Of a stretch of 64,000 nucleotides of DNA, positions 9,801 through 18,543 are shown piece after piece. The translations under genes and the position numbers were made by a program. Source of the DNA: Acidimicrobiia bacterium (lineage in GTDB: Bacteria; Actinomycetota; Acidimicrobiia; Spongiisociales; UBA5794); NCBI GenBank assembly GCA_035458525.1, contig DATHZQ010000040.1, positions 7,964 through 71,963 on the forward strand, given 5' to 3'. The first letter of the stretch is position 1; each line of letters starts with the position of its first letter. The notes beneath the pieces are model-generated. The model did not search any database. It had not been told where the DNA came from and saw nothing but the letters and a program-made list of their open reading frames with translations.

Positions 9801-10829
9801 TCACGAGGATTGGCGGGCCCGGCGGGCGCCTTCGACCATGTTGGCCAGCTTGTTCCGGCTGGCCCACCGCGCGGTCTGGGAAAGGCCACAATCCGGGGCC
9901 ACGGCGAGCCGGTCCGCCGGGACGTAGCGCAAGCACTGGGCGATGCGGGCGGCGACGTCATCTGCGGTCTCGATGTAGTAGCTCTTGACGTCGATGACGC
10001 CGACATTGACGTCCTTGGTCTCGGCGATCTCGCCGATCCGCTCCAACTCGGCGAACTCGCGACTGGCCATCTCGAGGTGGATCTCGTCGGCGGCCAGACC
10101 GAGGAAGGCCGGAAACATCGGTGCGTAGCGGCGCGGCGCCACCGCTCTCGCCTTGAAGTTTCCGAAGCAGAGGTGGGCGCCGAGGTAGCACCGGCCAACG
10201 ACAGGTTCGACGGTCCGGTTGTAGATATCGACGAGGCGATCCGGGTCCTCGCGATACGCGTAGCAACTCATCGAGGGCTCGTCGACGGTCACGACCTCGC
10301 AGCCCGCATCGACCAGGCGCACGAGTTCGTCCCGCACCAGAGGAACAAGTGCTTCGGTCACTGCGTAGCGATCGGGGTAGTCGGCATTGGGGAGCAGCCT
10401 CCCCGAAAGGGTGTAGGGACCCGGGATGGATGCCTTGAGGCGCGGTCCCTCGGGGGCGAGCGCAACCAGGCGGGCATACTCCTCGACCACGCCGAGCCCG
10501 CGTGGCGCACGCAGCTCGCCAACGATCTCGTGCTTGCCACGCTGGTCGTGGGCCGGAGGACCCCAGCGACGCACGGTGGACAGATCTGGTTCGATGCCGT
10601 CGAGAAACCCGTAGAAGGAGAGATTGAAGTCGAAGCGTGTCTGCTCGCCGTCGCTGATGACGTCGAGGCCGGCCCGAACCTGGTCCATGACGGCCGCGAT
10701 GGTTGCGTCGTCCTGCATCTCGGCGATGTCGGCCGGTCCGAATGCATCGAGGTCGGCGGAGGCGTGCTCGAGCCAGCCCGGAAACGGGTAGCTCCCGATG
10801 ACGGTGGTGACGATGGGGTCGTGCGGCAT
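9801..10829 (-). CDS. Cobalamin-independent methionine-synthase-like (MetE C-terminal domain family) protein
   Basis: 342 aa. N-terminus TTVIGSYPFPGWL and the C-terminal CGL...R region resemble the single-domain MetE-like family. Last gene of the minus-strand operon. Confidence 0.7.
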   Translation of the reverse strand: MPHDPIVTTVIGSYPFPGWLEHASADLDAFGPADIAEMQDDATIAAVMDQVRAGLDVISDGEQTRFDFNLSFYGFLDGIEPDLSTVRRWGPPAHDQRGKHEIVGELRAPRGLGVVEEYARLVALAPEGPRLKASIPGPYTLSGRLLPNADYPDRYAVTEALVPLVRDELVRLVDAGCEVVTVDEPSMSCYAYREDPDRLVDIYNRTVEPVVGRCYLGAHLCFGNFKARAVAPRRYAPMFPAFLGLAADEIHLEMASREFAELERIGEIAETKDVNVGVIDVKSYYIETADDVAARIAQCLRYVPADRLAVAPDCGLSQTARWASRNKLANMVEGARRARQSS

Positions 10830-10854
10830 GCGTTGCTCCTCTGTCAGTGCGGCC

Positions 10855-11859
10855 CTATTCGGACGAGGCTCGACCGCTCACCGATTCCACGTCAACCGTG
10901 AGGCGAGTTCTTCTCGTCTCGCCTGGCGGCAGGGTTGGCAGGGTGAGGGCGTTGCGTTCGAAGGCTCGGCCCCGTGTCCCGCAGTTCGCCGGTTCTATCC
11001 CGAGAACCGACATGCCGGGGTTGGGGTCGATCCACTGGTTGAGCCGGGGGAGCGCGGTGCGATCCCACGAGATCGTGAGGCGCAGGCCGACTTGCGTGTT
11101 CTCCAGGACGGCGCGGCCCACCGGTGCCTCTCCGAGGTCGTGCTCGAGTACGCGCTCCGAGCTTTCGGTGACGGGCGGAGGTTGTCGCCAGGTGTCGATC
11201 GCAGCTTCCGATGCAGGGTCGCGGGCTCGGGTTGCGTGGACGGGCATGTCGAGCGTGGCCGGTGGAGCCCACAGGGGAGCGCCGAAGTTGAAGTGGTAGA
11301 GCAGCGGCACGGCCGCTGCTTCGTCGCCGAGATTCTCGGTCGCGTCGGCGAGCTCGATCCGCCCGGATCCTGCGTGGACCACGATCGAGCGGCGATGGCG
11401 CAGCGGCCCCGGCTGTGCGGGGTCGGTCACGACGCCGGTCACCTCGACCTTCGCACCTTCTGGCGTCACCGTGCGCCTGGCGTCGACGTCCTGCGCCGCC
11501 AGGTGTGAGTAGGTGCCGTGAAGCCCGTGTCCCTCTGAAGGCATGCCGACATTGCGGAGCCCGGACGTGGTCATCAATCCGCCGATGAATGCCGAGCTCC
11601 ATCGCATCCCCTCGAGGTACTTCAGCGGCTTGGTTTCTCCGGTCGTCGATATCCAGGCCAAGGGGATGCCTTGGAACCATGCCTGACCCAGGTCGAGGCC
11701 GCGATCTGGATAGATGCGCACCGAAATGCCGTTACAGACGGCCACGTCGATCACCCGCATGCCGGCGCCGTTCCCGCGCGTGAGCTCGGCTTCGGAGATG
11801 GCGGCGACGGCGTCGAGATTGGCGAGCCGGCCCGACTGCAGCGCGTCGTGGATGTTCAT
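10855..11859 (-). CDS. Aldose-1-epimerase-like protein (DUF4432-type)
   Basis: ORF 10855..11976 trimmed to MNIHDALQSGRL. SEGHGLHGTYSH and the overall mutarotase-like pattern are my recollection of the DUF4432 family. Confidence 0.6.
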   Translation of the reverse strand: MNIHDALQSGRLANLDAVAAISEAELTRGNGAGMRVIDVAVCNGISVRIYPDRGLDLGQAWFQGIPLAWISTTGETKPLKYLEGMRWSSAFIGGLMTTSGLRNVGMPSEGHGLHGTYSHLAAQDVDARRTVTPEGAKVEVTGVVTDPAQPGPLRHRRSIVVHAGSGRIELADATENLGDEAAAVPLLYHFNFGAPLWAPPATLDMPVHATRARDPASEAAIDTWRQPPPVTESSERVLEHDLGEAPVGRAVLENTQVGLRLTISWDRTALPRLNQWIDPNPGMSVLGIEPANCGTRGRAFERNALTLPTLPPGETRRTRLTVDVESVSGRASSE

Positions 11860-11860
11860 G

Positions 11861-12178
11861 TCACACCGGCCGCCCATGCGGTGGGAAGGTGCGGGACGAC
11901 CCGGCGATCTCGGTTTCCAGCAGCGTGAGGTGCCACCGTCCAGAATCGGCCGGAACGAGGCGCCGCCGGTTGTCACCGATGAAGGAGACGTTGATCGGTG
12001 CCGCCAAGCCGCGCGCGATGCCCACGGCGTAGGCCTGGCCTAAGCCGCGCGCGATGCCCACGGCGTAGGCCCGGCCGTCCTCGCCACCGACAGAGAGGAC
12101 GTTGCTGCCGTGGTCGTGCGAAACACCCTCCGGGTGGTTGAGCCCATCGACGAGCGCCTCGACGCCTGTGACCTGCAT
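11861..12178 (-). pseudogene. 105-codon ORF: probable internally deleted beta-propeller (SMP-30/gluconolactonase/LRE-like) remnant
   Basis: Tail of ORF 11861..12850. Has a first-blade-like GLNHPEGVSHDHGSNVLSV and a last-blade-like APINVSFIGDNRRRLV with only ~40 aa between (full-length proteins are ~290 aa). The start overlaps the upstream stop (TGATG) and the stop lies 1 nt from the next start. Confidence 0.4.
12006..12071. repeat. 36-bp tandem duplication (2 copies, 30 nt identical)
   Basis: AAGCCGCGCGCGATGCCCACGGCGTAGGCC occurs at 12006 and 12042. It encodes AYAVGIARGL twice on the minus strand. Confidence 0.9.
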
Positions 12179-12981
12179 CAGTCGAGGGCGTGGCCGACGG
12201 TGCCGTTGATCACCAAGCCGCCGTCCACGACGATCTCTTGGCCGGTCAGGTAGCGGGAACCACGGGATGCGACGAAGACGACGACGTCGGCGATCTCGTC
12301 CTCTGCGCCGATGCGACCGAGAGGGATCCGGTGCTCGTAGGTGCGCCGTACCTCGGGGGTGTACGCCTTGGCGTTGAGCGGGGTATCGGTGGCGCCCGGC
12401 GAGACGGCGTTGACGGTGACGTTGTGCTCTGCGGCCTCGAGCGCCAGCGTCTTGGTGAGACCAACGATCCCGCCTTTGGCCGTGATGTAGGCGCCGAGGT
12501 TGGCAACAACGAGCACGTCCGCCGCCGAGGTGATGTTGATGATGCGGCCCCGCTGCTGCGGGTACATCGCCAGGGCGGCAGCACGGCAGCCGTAGAAGAA
12601 GCCGTGGAGGTTGGCGCCGAGGAGGCCGTGCCAGTCCTCGTCGCTCGTCTCGATGAGCGGCTTGACCATGAGCCGGGCAGCGTTGTTCACCCAGATGTCC
12701 ACGGAGCCCCACCGCTGCGTGGCCTCGGATGCCAGCCGTGCGGCAGTAGCCGGCTCCGCCGTGTCGCCCTGGAACACGATGGCCTCGCGCCCTGCGGCTT
12801 CGATCGCAGCGGTGACGGCAGCGGCGCCGTCGTGATCGGAGTAGTAGCACCCCGCCACGTTGGCGCCCGCCCGCGCCAGCGCGCCCGCGACGGCGCGGCC
12901 GATGCCGTTGGAGACTCCGGTGACGACGGCGTTGGGCCCCACCAGCGAGTTGTGGATGACGGTGGATTCAGGGCTGGTCAT
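12178..12981 (-). CDS. SDR family oxidoreductase
   Basis: 267 aa. TGVSNGIGRA cofactor motif; catalytic YxxxK region (YITAKGG). Confidence 0.9.
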   Translation of the reverse strand: MTSPESTVIHNSLVGPNAVVTGVSNGIGRAVAGALARAGANVAGCYYSDHDGAAAVTAAIEAAGREAIVFQGDTAEPATAARLASEATQRWGSVDIWVNNAARLMVKPLIETSDEDWHGLLGANLHGFFYGCRAAALAMYPQQRGRIINITSAADVLVVANLGAYITAKGGIVGLTKTLALEAAEHNVTVNAVSPGATDTPLNAKAYTPEVRRTYEHRIPLGRIGAEDEIADVVVFVASRGSRYLTGQEIVVDGGLVINGTVGHALD

Positions 12982-13012
12982 CTCGTAGAGCCTTTCGCTT
13001 GTCGCCGTCGAG

Positions 13013-14038
13013 TCAGTTCGCTCGCGGATCGAGCACGATCTTCATGCCCTCGCCGCGCCGGGTGGCGTCGAAGGCTCGTTCCCAGTCGGCCAGCGGGACG
13101 ACCTCGGAGACGAGCGGGTCGAGTCGAACCAGGCCTGCGTCGAGGAGGTGCATGGCCCGGCGCCACGAGCTCGGGGTGCTGGCGTTGCCGGACGTGAGCG
13201 TGATTTCGCCGTAGAGGATCACGTCCAGTGGGACCTCGATCGGTTTGCCGAAGATGCCGACTTGTAGGTAGCGCCCACCCTTGCGGACGGCGCCGAATGC
13301 CATCGTCGCCCCTCCCTGGTGGCCGGAGGCTTCGGCCACGACGTCGAAGGTCCCCACATCGTCCGCCCCGGACACCGTGACCGTGTGCAGGCCGAGGGAG
13401 GACGCCAGATCCAGGCGCGCTCGGTCCCTCGGCAGGCCGACGAGGGTCACGTCGCCTCCGGCCGCTCGCGCTGCCTGGGCGGTGAGGAGGCCCATCGTGC
13501 CGGGGCCGACGACGAGCACCCGGTCTCCCGCGTTGACCACGGCAGGGTCGAAGAGGCAGCGTGCCACGCACGCCAGCGGCTCGGCGAGGGCGCCGGCGTA
13601 TCTGCCGACGCCGCCCGGAAGACGCCACAGGTTCATCGCCGGGAGCGTGAGCCACCGGGCGAAGCCGCCGTCGACCCGAGAGCCGATCGATCGCCTGGCG
13701 TCACAGAGATTGGGTCGGCCGCTGCGGCAGAACGCACACCGCTCGCAGCACTCGTAGTACGTCTCGCAGGCAACCCTGGCGCCTTGCCAGCTGGGGTCGA
13801 CGCCCTCGCCGAGCAGCACCACCTCCCCGGTGACCTCGTGTCCCATGGTCACCGGAGGCTCGGAGGGAAACTCGTCCTCGGCGATGTGGAGATCGGTACC
13901 GCAGATGCCGGTCGCCAGAACCTCGATCGTCACCTCGCCGAATCCCGGTCGACGTACCGGTTGCGTCCGCATCCCCAGGTTCCCGGCACCCGGCGCCAGC
14001 TTGCCGACAGCGAGGGTGGTCTCCGGGAGGGACGTCAT
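13013..14038 (-). CDS. Zinc-dependent alcohol/polyol dehydrogenase (MDR family)
   Basis: C-terminal part of ORF 13013..15373, starting at MTSLPETT. GICGTDLH, GHEVTGEV, CERCAFCRSGRPNLC and GPGTMGLL motifs. The ATG overlaps the upstream stop (ATGA). Confidence 0.9.
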   Translation of the reverse strand: MTSLPETTLAVGKLAPGAGNLGMRTQPVRRPGFGEVTIEVLATGICGTDLHIAEDEFPSEPPVTMGHEVTGEVVLLGEGVDPSWQGARVACETYYECCERCAFCRSGRPNLCDARRSIGSRVDGGFARWLTLPAMNLWRLPGGVGRYAGALAEPLACVARCLFDPAVVNAGDRVLVVGPGTMGLLTAQAARAAGGDVTLVGLPRDRARLDLASSLGLHTVTVSGADDVGTFDVVAEASGHQGGATMAFGAVRKGGRYLQVGIFGKPIEVPLDVILYGEITLTSGNASTPSSWRRAMHLLDAGLVRLDPLVSEVVPLADWERAFDATRRGEGMKIVLDPRAN

Positions 14039-15000
14039 GCAGCGGGCTCCACGAAAGGAAAGAAGGCCGCCGGGTTGCCGGCAAGCATCCGTTCGATGGC
14101 GGCGTCGTCGGCGCCGCGTCGTTCCAGGAGCGGCAGGACTTCGACGGCGAGCGCGGCGAGGCCGGGGCTCCCCCCGAGCGAGGTCCACATCGATGGGCGC
14201 GCTCCGTCGGTGCCGAGCATCAGCCGCTCGGCGAGCCCCCGCTCGAGCATCGCACCGATCAGCTCCACCGTGGGGTTGTTCATGTCGAGCGGATGGCGCA
14301 GGGTCTGGTCGTACTCGAGATACGCGCCGCTTGCGGCCAGCTCGGCGTGATACCCGAGATCGTTCGCCTTGTCGGTATGGGACAGCACGATGCGGCCGGC
14401 GTCGACCCCCAACTCGGTGAGTGCGGCGACCTGCTCCAATCCCCCGTGCCCGCCTTCGCAGTGCGTGAGGATCGGCGCACCCGTCTTCAGGTGGGTCTCC
14501 GCCGCTGCGGCAAACACCCGGCGATCCCGATCGTCGAGCTGGGGTTGCAGGGTGCCGACCTTGATGAGGCCGGCGCGGTGCTCGCTGCGATCGATGATCG
14601 GGGCGCCGTAGTCGAATCGGTCGATGCCCTCCTCGATGTCGGCGATGAAGAGCCAAGCGAGGGTCGAAGGGTCGAGATCGCTCGTCCACGAGAACCCCGG
14701 ATACCAACGCTGCGTGTGCAGACCGGTCGTGGCGATCACGTGAACGCCGCTCCGCCGGCTGATGTCGGCGAGCCGCTCCGGGTGGCGGCCTGTGGCGCAC
14801 GGTAGGGCGTCGACCACCGTGGTCACTCCGGCGGCTGCGCACAACGCAAGCTCGGCGACCGCGGCATCGATGTCGTTGAGCACGATCTCGGCGAAGCGGT
14901 CCTCGACGAGCGGTGCGTCGATGACGAGATGCTCGTGGGCGTAGGTCCTGCCCAGGGACTCGGGCGGGACGTCCCCGAGCACGGTCCTGGCATTCTTCAT
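14035..15000 (-). CDS. Phosphotriesterase-family (PTE/PHP, lactonase-like) amidohydrolase
   Basis: ORF 14035..15141 trimmed to MKNARTVLG. LGRTYAHEHLVID metal motif; TIM-barrel amidohydrolase pattern. Confidence 0.8.
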   Translation of the reverse strand: MKNARTVLGDVPPESLGRTYAHEHLVIDAPLVEDRFAEIVLNDIDAAVAELALCAAAGVTTVVDALPCATGRHPERLADISRRSGVHVIATTGLHTQRWYPGFSWTSDLDPSTLAWLFIADIEEGIDRFDYGAPIIDRSEHRAGLIKVGTLQPQLDDRDRRVFAAAAETHLKTGAPILTHCEGGHGGLEQVAALTELGVDAGRIVLSHTDKANDLGYHAELAASGAYLEYDQTLRHPLDMNNPTVELIGAMLERGLAERLMLGTDGARPSMWTSLGGSPGLAALAVEVLPLLERRGADDAAIERMLAGNPAAFFPFVEPAA

Positions 15001-16433
15001 CCTGACTCCTCGATGGAGAGTACGGCCCCCTGCTTGCGGAGCCATGTGCGAGCATCGGCCGGCGACACGCTCCGAACTTCGCCGTCGGCCCGTGCGGCCA
15101 GTGCCGCCACCGTGCCGGCAGCATGCCCCATCGCCATACATTGCGCCATTGAGCGGACCGACGCTTGGGCATCGTGCTCGGCCGAGAAACAGCGGCCCGC
15201 AACGAGCACGTTGCGTCCGTCGCGGGGCACGAGCGTACGGAGTGGGATGCCGACGGCCGCGCCTTCCGGCAGGTACTCCCAGGTGGTGCCGGTGCCGGCG
15301 CCGCCGTGGTGATCCTCGATCGGGGCTCCGCAGAGCCCGATCTGGTCGTCGAACTGGCGGGCAGCCACAACATCCTCTCGGGTCAGCCGGTAGTCGCCCC
15401 AGACCCGCCGGGTCTCACGAAGACCGATCTGGGTCGACAGCGCCGCCAGCGATGCTCGCTCGTAACCCGGGATGCGGTCGACCAGGAATCGAACGTATTC
15501 GAGTGCCTGGCGACGGCCTTCCATCTCGGCGGAGGTGAGGACCTCGGGGTCGGTGGCGTTGCGGACCGGCTGTGCCGGTCCGTTGGCAGTTGCCTGCGGG
15601 AACTGCTGTGTGTGGGTGGGGTGTGCCGGTCCGTTGGCAGTTCCTTGCGGCGACTGCTGTGTGTGGATCGGCGTTGCGGCAACGGGTCGCAGCTGATCGA
15701 TCCGGGTCATCACCGTGGCGACCATTCCGTTGACCGGAGTGATGTGATCGCTGCCCTCCCGGCGGGGGAGGTCGTAGTCGCCGGACTCTGCGGCTTGTTC
15801 CATGGCCTCGTGGAACTGGGCTTTCGACATCTGGTCACGTCGATCGTGGTCGACGTTGACCATGCGAAACGTCGTCGTGAGCGTTTGGGCCGGCGTCACC
15901 GCTCCCGCTGCCTCGTAGCCGAAGCCGGCGTGATGGCAGACGTCGGCATCTCCCGACGCATCGATCACCACATCGGCGGCGATCTGTATGAGCCCGGCCT
16001 TGGTGGCCACGGTCAGGGTGGTGACTCGCCCGTCGACAGCGGTCGCATCTTGGACGAACGCATGGAGCAGCACCCTGGCGCCGGACTGGACGACCAGGTG
16101 CTCCCACACCACCTTCAGATGGTCTGCCAGATAGGTGATTCCCGTCCCTGCGCCATACGTGTTGGCCCGCTCCACGACCGGTCCGAGCCGCCGGAGTTCC
16201 GCGACCACGTCGTCGCCGATGCCGCCGACGACCTTCTGCGCACGTTGGCCGGGTGTGTAGAAGCCGTAGAACGTGTCCAGCACCGCGGTCGAGTTGCCGC
16301 CCAGGAACGGCAGCTTCTCGAGCAGCAAGACATCTGCCCCGGTGCGCGCCGCGGCGATGGCCGCCGCCGACCCGGCGGCGCCGGAGCCGACGACCACTAC
16401 CTCGGCTCTGGAGGGCCCAACCGGTGTCGCCAT
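14997..16433 (-). CDS. FAD-dependent oxidoreductase
   Basis: ORF 14997..16955 trimmed to MATPVGPS. Dinucleotide motif VVVVGSGAAGSAAAIAAARTGADVLLLEK. Contains an internal Q/P-rich duplicated insert. Confidence 0.8.
   Translation of the reverse strand: MATPVGPSRAEVVVVGSGAAGSAAAIAAARTGADVLLLEKLPFLGGNSTAVLDTFYGFYTPGQRAQKVVGGIGDDVVAELRRLGPVVERANTYGAGTGITYLADHLKVVWEHLVVQSGARVLLHAFVQDATAVDGRVTTLTVATKAGLIQIAADVVIDASGDADVCHHAGFGYEAAGAVTPAQTLTTTFRMVNVDHDRRDQMSKAQFHEAMEQAAESGDYDLPRREGSDHITPVNGMVATVMTRIDQLRPVAATPIHTQQSPQGTANGPAHPTHTQQFPQATANGPAQPVRNATDPEVLTSAEMEGRRQALEYVRFLVDRIPGYERASLAALSTQIGLRETRRVWGDYRLTREDVVAARQFDDQIGLCGAPIEDHHGGAGTGTTWEYLPEGAAVGIPLRTLVPRDGRNVLVAGRCFSAEHDAQASVRSMAQCMAMGHAAGTVAALAARADGEVRSVSPADARTWLRKQGAVLSIEESG
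15571..15672. repeat. 51-bp in-frame tandem duplication (2 copies) inside the FAD oxidoreductase gene
   Basis: TGTGCCGGTCCGTTGGCAGTT... recurs at 15571 and 15622. It encodes HTQQ(S/F)PQ(G/A)TANGPA(H/Q)P twice. Confidence 0.9.
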
Positions 16434-16447
16434 TGCGTTCGGCCGGC

Positions 16448-17362
16448 TCAGTGGCAGTACGGGGCGAGTACGTCGCGGGCGAGGAGGAAGCCGCGCTTCA
16501 CCAGCTCGTCTGTTGCTTCGAAGTCGCGGTCCTCGTGCTCGATGATGATCGGACCGTCGTAGCCGACTCGATAGAGCGACCGAAACACGATGGCCCAGTC
16601 GACATCGCCGAGACCGGGGAGCCGTGGGACCTGCCAGCCGATGCCGGACGACAGTGAGCCGTTGTCGTAGAGGCCTCCGTAGTCGATCATCACGTCCTTC
16701 GCCTGGAAGTGATAGAACCGCTCGCCGAACTCCAAGATGGCGCTCTCGATGTCGATCATCAGCCAGATGAGGTGCGACGGGTCGAAGTTGAGGCCGATCG
16801 TCTCCCCGAACTCCTCGAACATGCGGCGCCAGATCTTCGGGTTGTACGCAACGTTGTGACCGGACGGCCACTCGTCCTTCGAGAAGATCATCGGGCAGTT
16901 CTCGATCGCCATCTTCACGCCGTTCTCCTCGGCGCACGAGATGATCTCCGGCCACACCCGGGTCGCCTTCTCCCAGTTCTCGTCCTGGGTGAAGGCACGA
17001 TCGGCGCCGACGAACGTGTTGACCACGCCGACCCCCATCTTGCCTGCGGCCACGATCACCTTCTTGAGGTGGTCGATGACCATGCGTGCGTGCTCTCCAT
17101 CGGGGTGCAGCGGATTCGGGTAGTACCCGAGTCCCGAGATCTCGAGCCCGCGTTCGTTCATCCCGGCAACGATCTCCGCGGCTCGCGCATCGGAGAGGCC
17201 ATCGACATCGATGTGGCTCGTTCCGGCGTAGCGGCGGGTATCGCCGCTCGAGGCGGGCCAGCAGGCGATCTCGATAGTGGTGAATCCGGCCCCGGCGGTC
17301 CAGTCCGCGACCTCATCGAGTGGCGTCTCCGGGAATGGCGCAGTCAGCAATCCGAGCTTCAT
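16448..17362 (-). CDS. Sugar phosphate isomerase/epimerase (xylose-isomerase-like TIM barrel)
   Basis: ORF 16448..17566 trimmed to MKLGLLTAPFPE. Typical AP-endonuclease-2/IolE-like barrel pattern (IIEHED near the C-terminus). Confidence 0.8.
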   Translation of the reverse strand: MKLGLLTAPFPETPLDEVADWTAGAGFTTIEIACWPASSGDTRRYAGTSHIDVDGLSDARAAEIVAGMNERGLEISGLGYYPNPLHPDGEHARMVIDHLKKVIVAAGKMGVGVVNTFVGADRAFTQDENWEKATRVWPEIISCAEENGVKMAIENCPMIFSKDEWPSGHNVAYNPKIWRRMFEEFGETIGLNFDPSHLIWLMIDIESAILEFGERFYHFQAKDVMIDYGGLYDNGSLSSGIGWQVPRLPGLGDVDWAIVFRSLYRVGYDGPIIIEHEDRDFEATDELVKRGFLLARDVLAPYCH

Positions 17363-17375
17363 GCCGCTCTCCTCC

Positions 17376-18530
17376 TCATCTCTCGACTCGTACCCAGCGT
17401 TGTTCTTCCGAGCTCCGCGCCACCGCCTCAGTGACGAGCAGCGCATCGTGGCCGTCCGCGAATGTGGGGTAGGTTGGCGCCGCCGACGGTCCACCCCGAG
17501 CCACGTCGGCGTAGACCTGGCCGAAGAGAGCCCGGAACGTGTCCGGATAGCCTTCGACGTGCCCACCGGGATAGCCGATCAGTCGCGCCGCTTCGGGTGC
17601 TGCCAGCGACGGGTCTCGCTGCAACACCTCGTTGGCCCGGCCCCGGTGGCCGATCCACAGGTGGTCGGGAGTCTCCGAGTACCACGACACCGCGGATGAC
17701 GTGCCGTCGACTTCGATCGACACCGAGTTCTTTCGCCCGGCCGAAACCTGGGAGATGGTTGCGATGCCCCTTGCGCCGTTGTCGAACCGCAGCAGGATGC
17801 CGGCAGCGTCGTCGGACGACATGGTCTCCTCGACGAGTTCGGCGTTCTCGTCAACGGTCGCGAAGGTCTCCACCGGACCAGGCGGGTGGGTCCGGGTGGT
17901 CACGAAGGTGTGCAGGTCGGCCATCACCTCGACCACGTTTGCCCCGGTGATGTAGCGGGCGAGGTCGAGCCAGTGCGAGCCGATGTCGGCGACGGCCCGC
18001 AAGCCTCCTGCCTTGTCCGGCTCGAGCCGCCAGTTCCAGTCCGTCTCGAGCAGGAGCCAGTCCTGCAAGTAGCTGCCTGAGATCAGCCGGGGTGCGCCGA
18101 TCTCGCCGGAGTCGACCAACGCTCTGGCCTGGTGACAGTTGGGGTAGAACCGGATGTTGAAGCACACGGCGTTGATGAGACCCGACGCCTCGGCGCGGGC
18201 GACCAGGTCGGCCGTGTCCTCCGAGGTCAACGCAAGCGGCTTCTCGCAAACGACGTGCTTACCGGCATCGAGCACGATCCGCACCTGATCGGCATGTGCA
18301 TGGTTGGGGCTGGCGATGTGGATGATGTCGATGTCGGGATCGGCGGCGAGGGCCTCGACGCTGTCGTACACCTTCGGGAGGTTTGCGGCTTCGGCCTTGG
18401 CTGCGGCGCGCTCGGGTGTCGAACCGACCACGCCGACGACGTCCACGCCGAGCCGGCGCAACGCCTCCACGTGGGCAACGCCGATGAAACCGACGCCGAC
18501 GACGCCCGCCTTGATCTCGCTCAGACGCAT
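17376..18530 (-). CDS. Gfo/Idh/MocA family oxidoreductase
   Basis: ORF 17376..18632 trimmed to MRLSEIKAGVVGVGFIGVAH (Rossmann N-terminus). VCEKPLA motif. Confidence 0.85.
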   Translation of the reverse strand: MRLSEIKAGVVGVGFIGVAHVEALRRLGVDVVGVVGSTPERAAAKAEAANLPKVYDSVEALAADPDIDIIHIASPNHAHADQVRIVLDAGKHVVCEKPLALTSEDTADLVARAEASGLINAVCFNIRFYPNCHQARALVDSGEIGAPRLISGSYLQDWLLLETDWNWRLEPDKAGGLRAVADIGSHWLDLARYITGANVVEVMADLHTFVTTRTHPPGPVETFATVDENAELVEETMSSDDAAGILLRFDNGARGIATISQVSAGRKNSVSIEVDGTSSAVSWYSETPDHLWIGHRGRANEVLQRDPSLAAPEAARLIGYPGGHVEGYPDTFRALFGQVYADVARGGPSAAPTYPTFADGHDALLVTEAVARSSEEQRWVRVER

Positions 18531-18543
18531 GGTGCTTCCCTTC

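Noticed and set aside
13013-15373. ORF-track entries with very long N-terminal extensions (13013..15373, 14997..16955, 18544..20622, 24645..26168, 23329..25023, 56948..58702, 55727..56935, 57703..59007, 59809..61302).
   Set aside because: The extensions run through the upstream neighbouring gene in another frame and are Arg/Pro-rich. Homology-like sequence begins at internal starts that sit at classic ATGA/GTGA overlaps or follow SD-like motifs, so I trimmed them.
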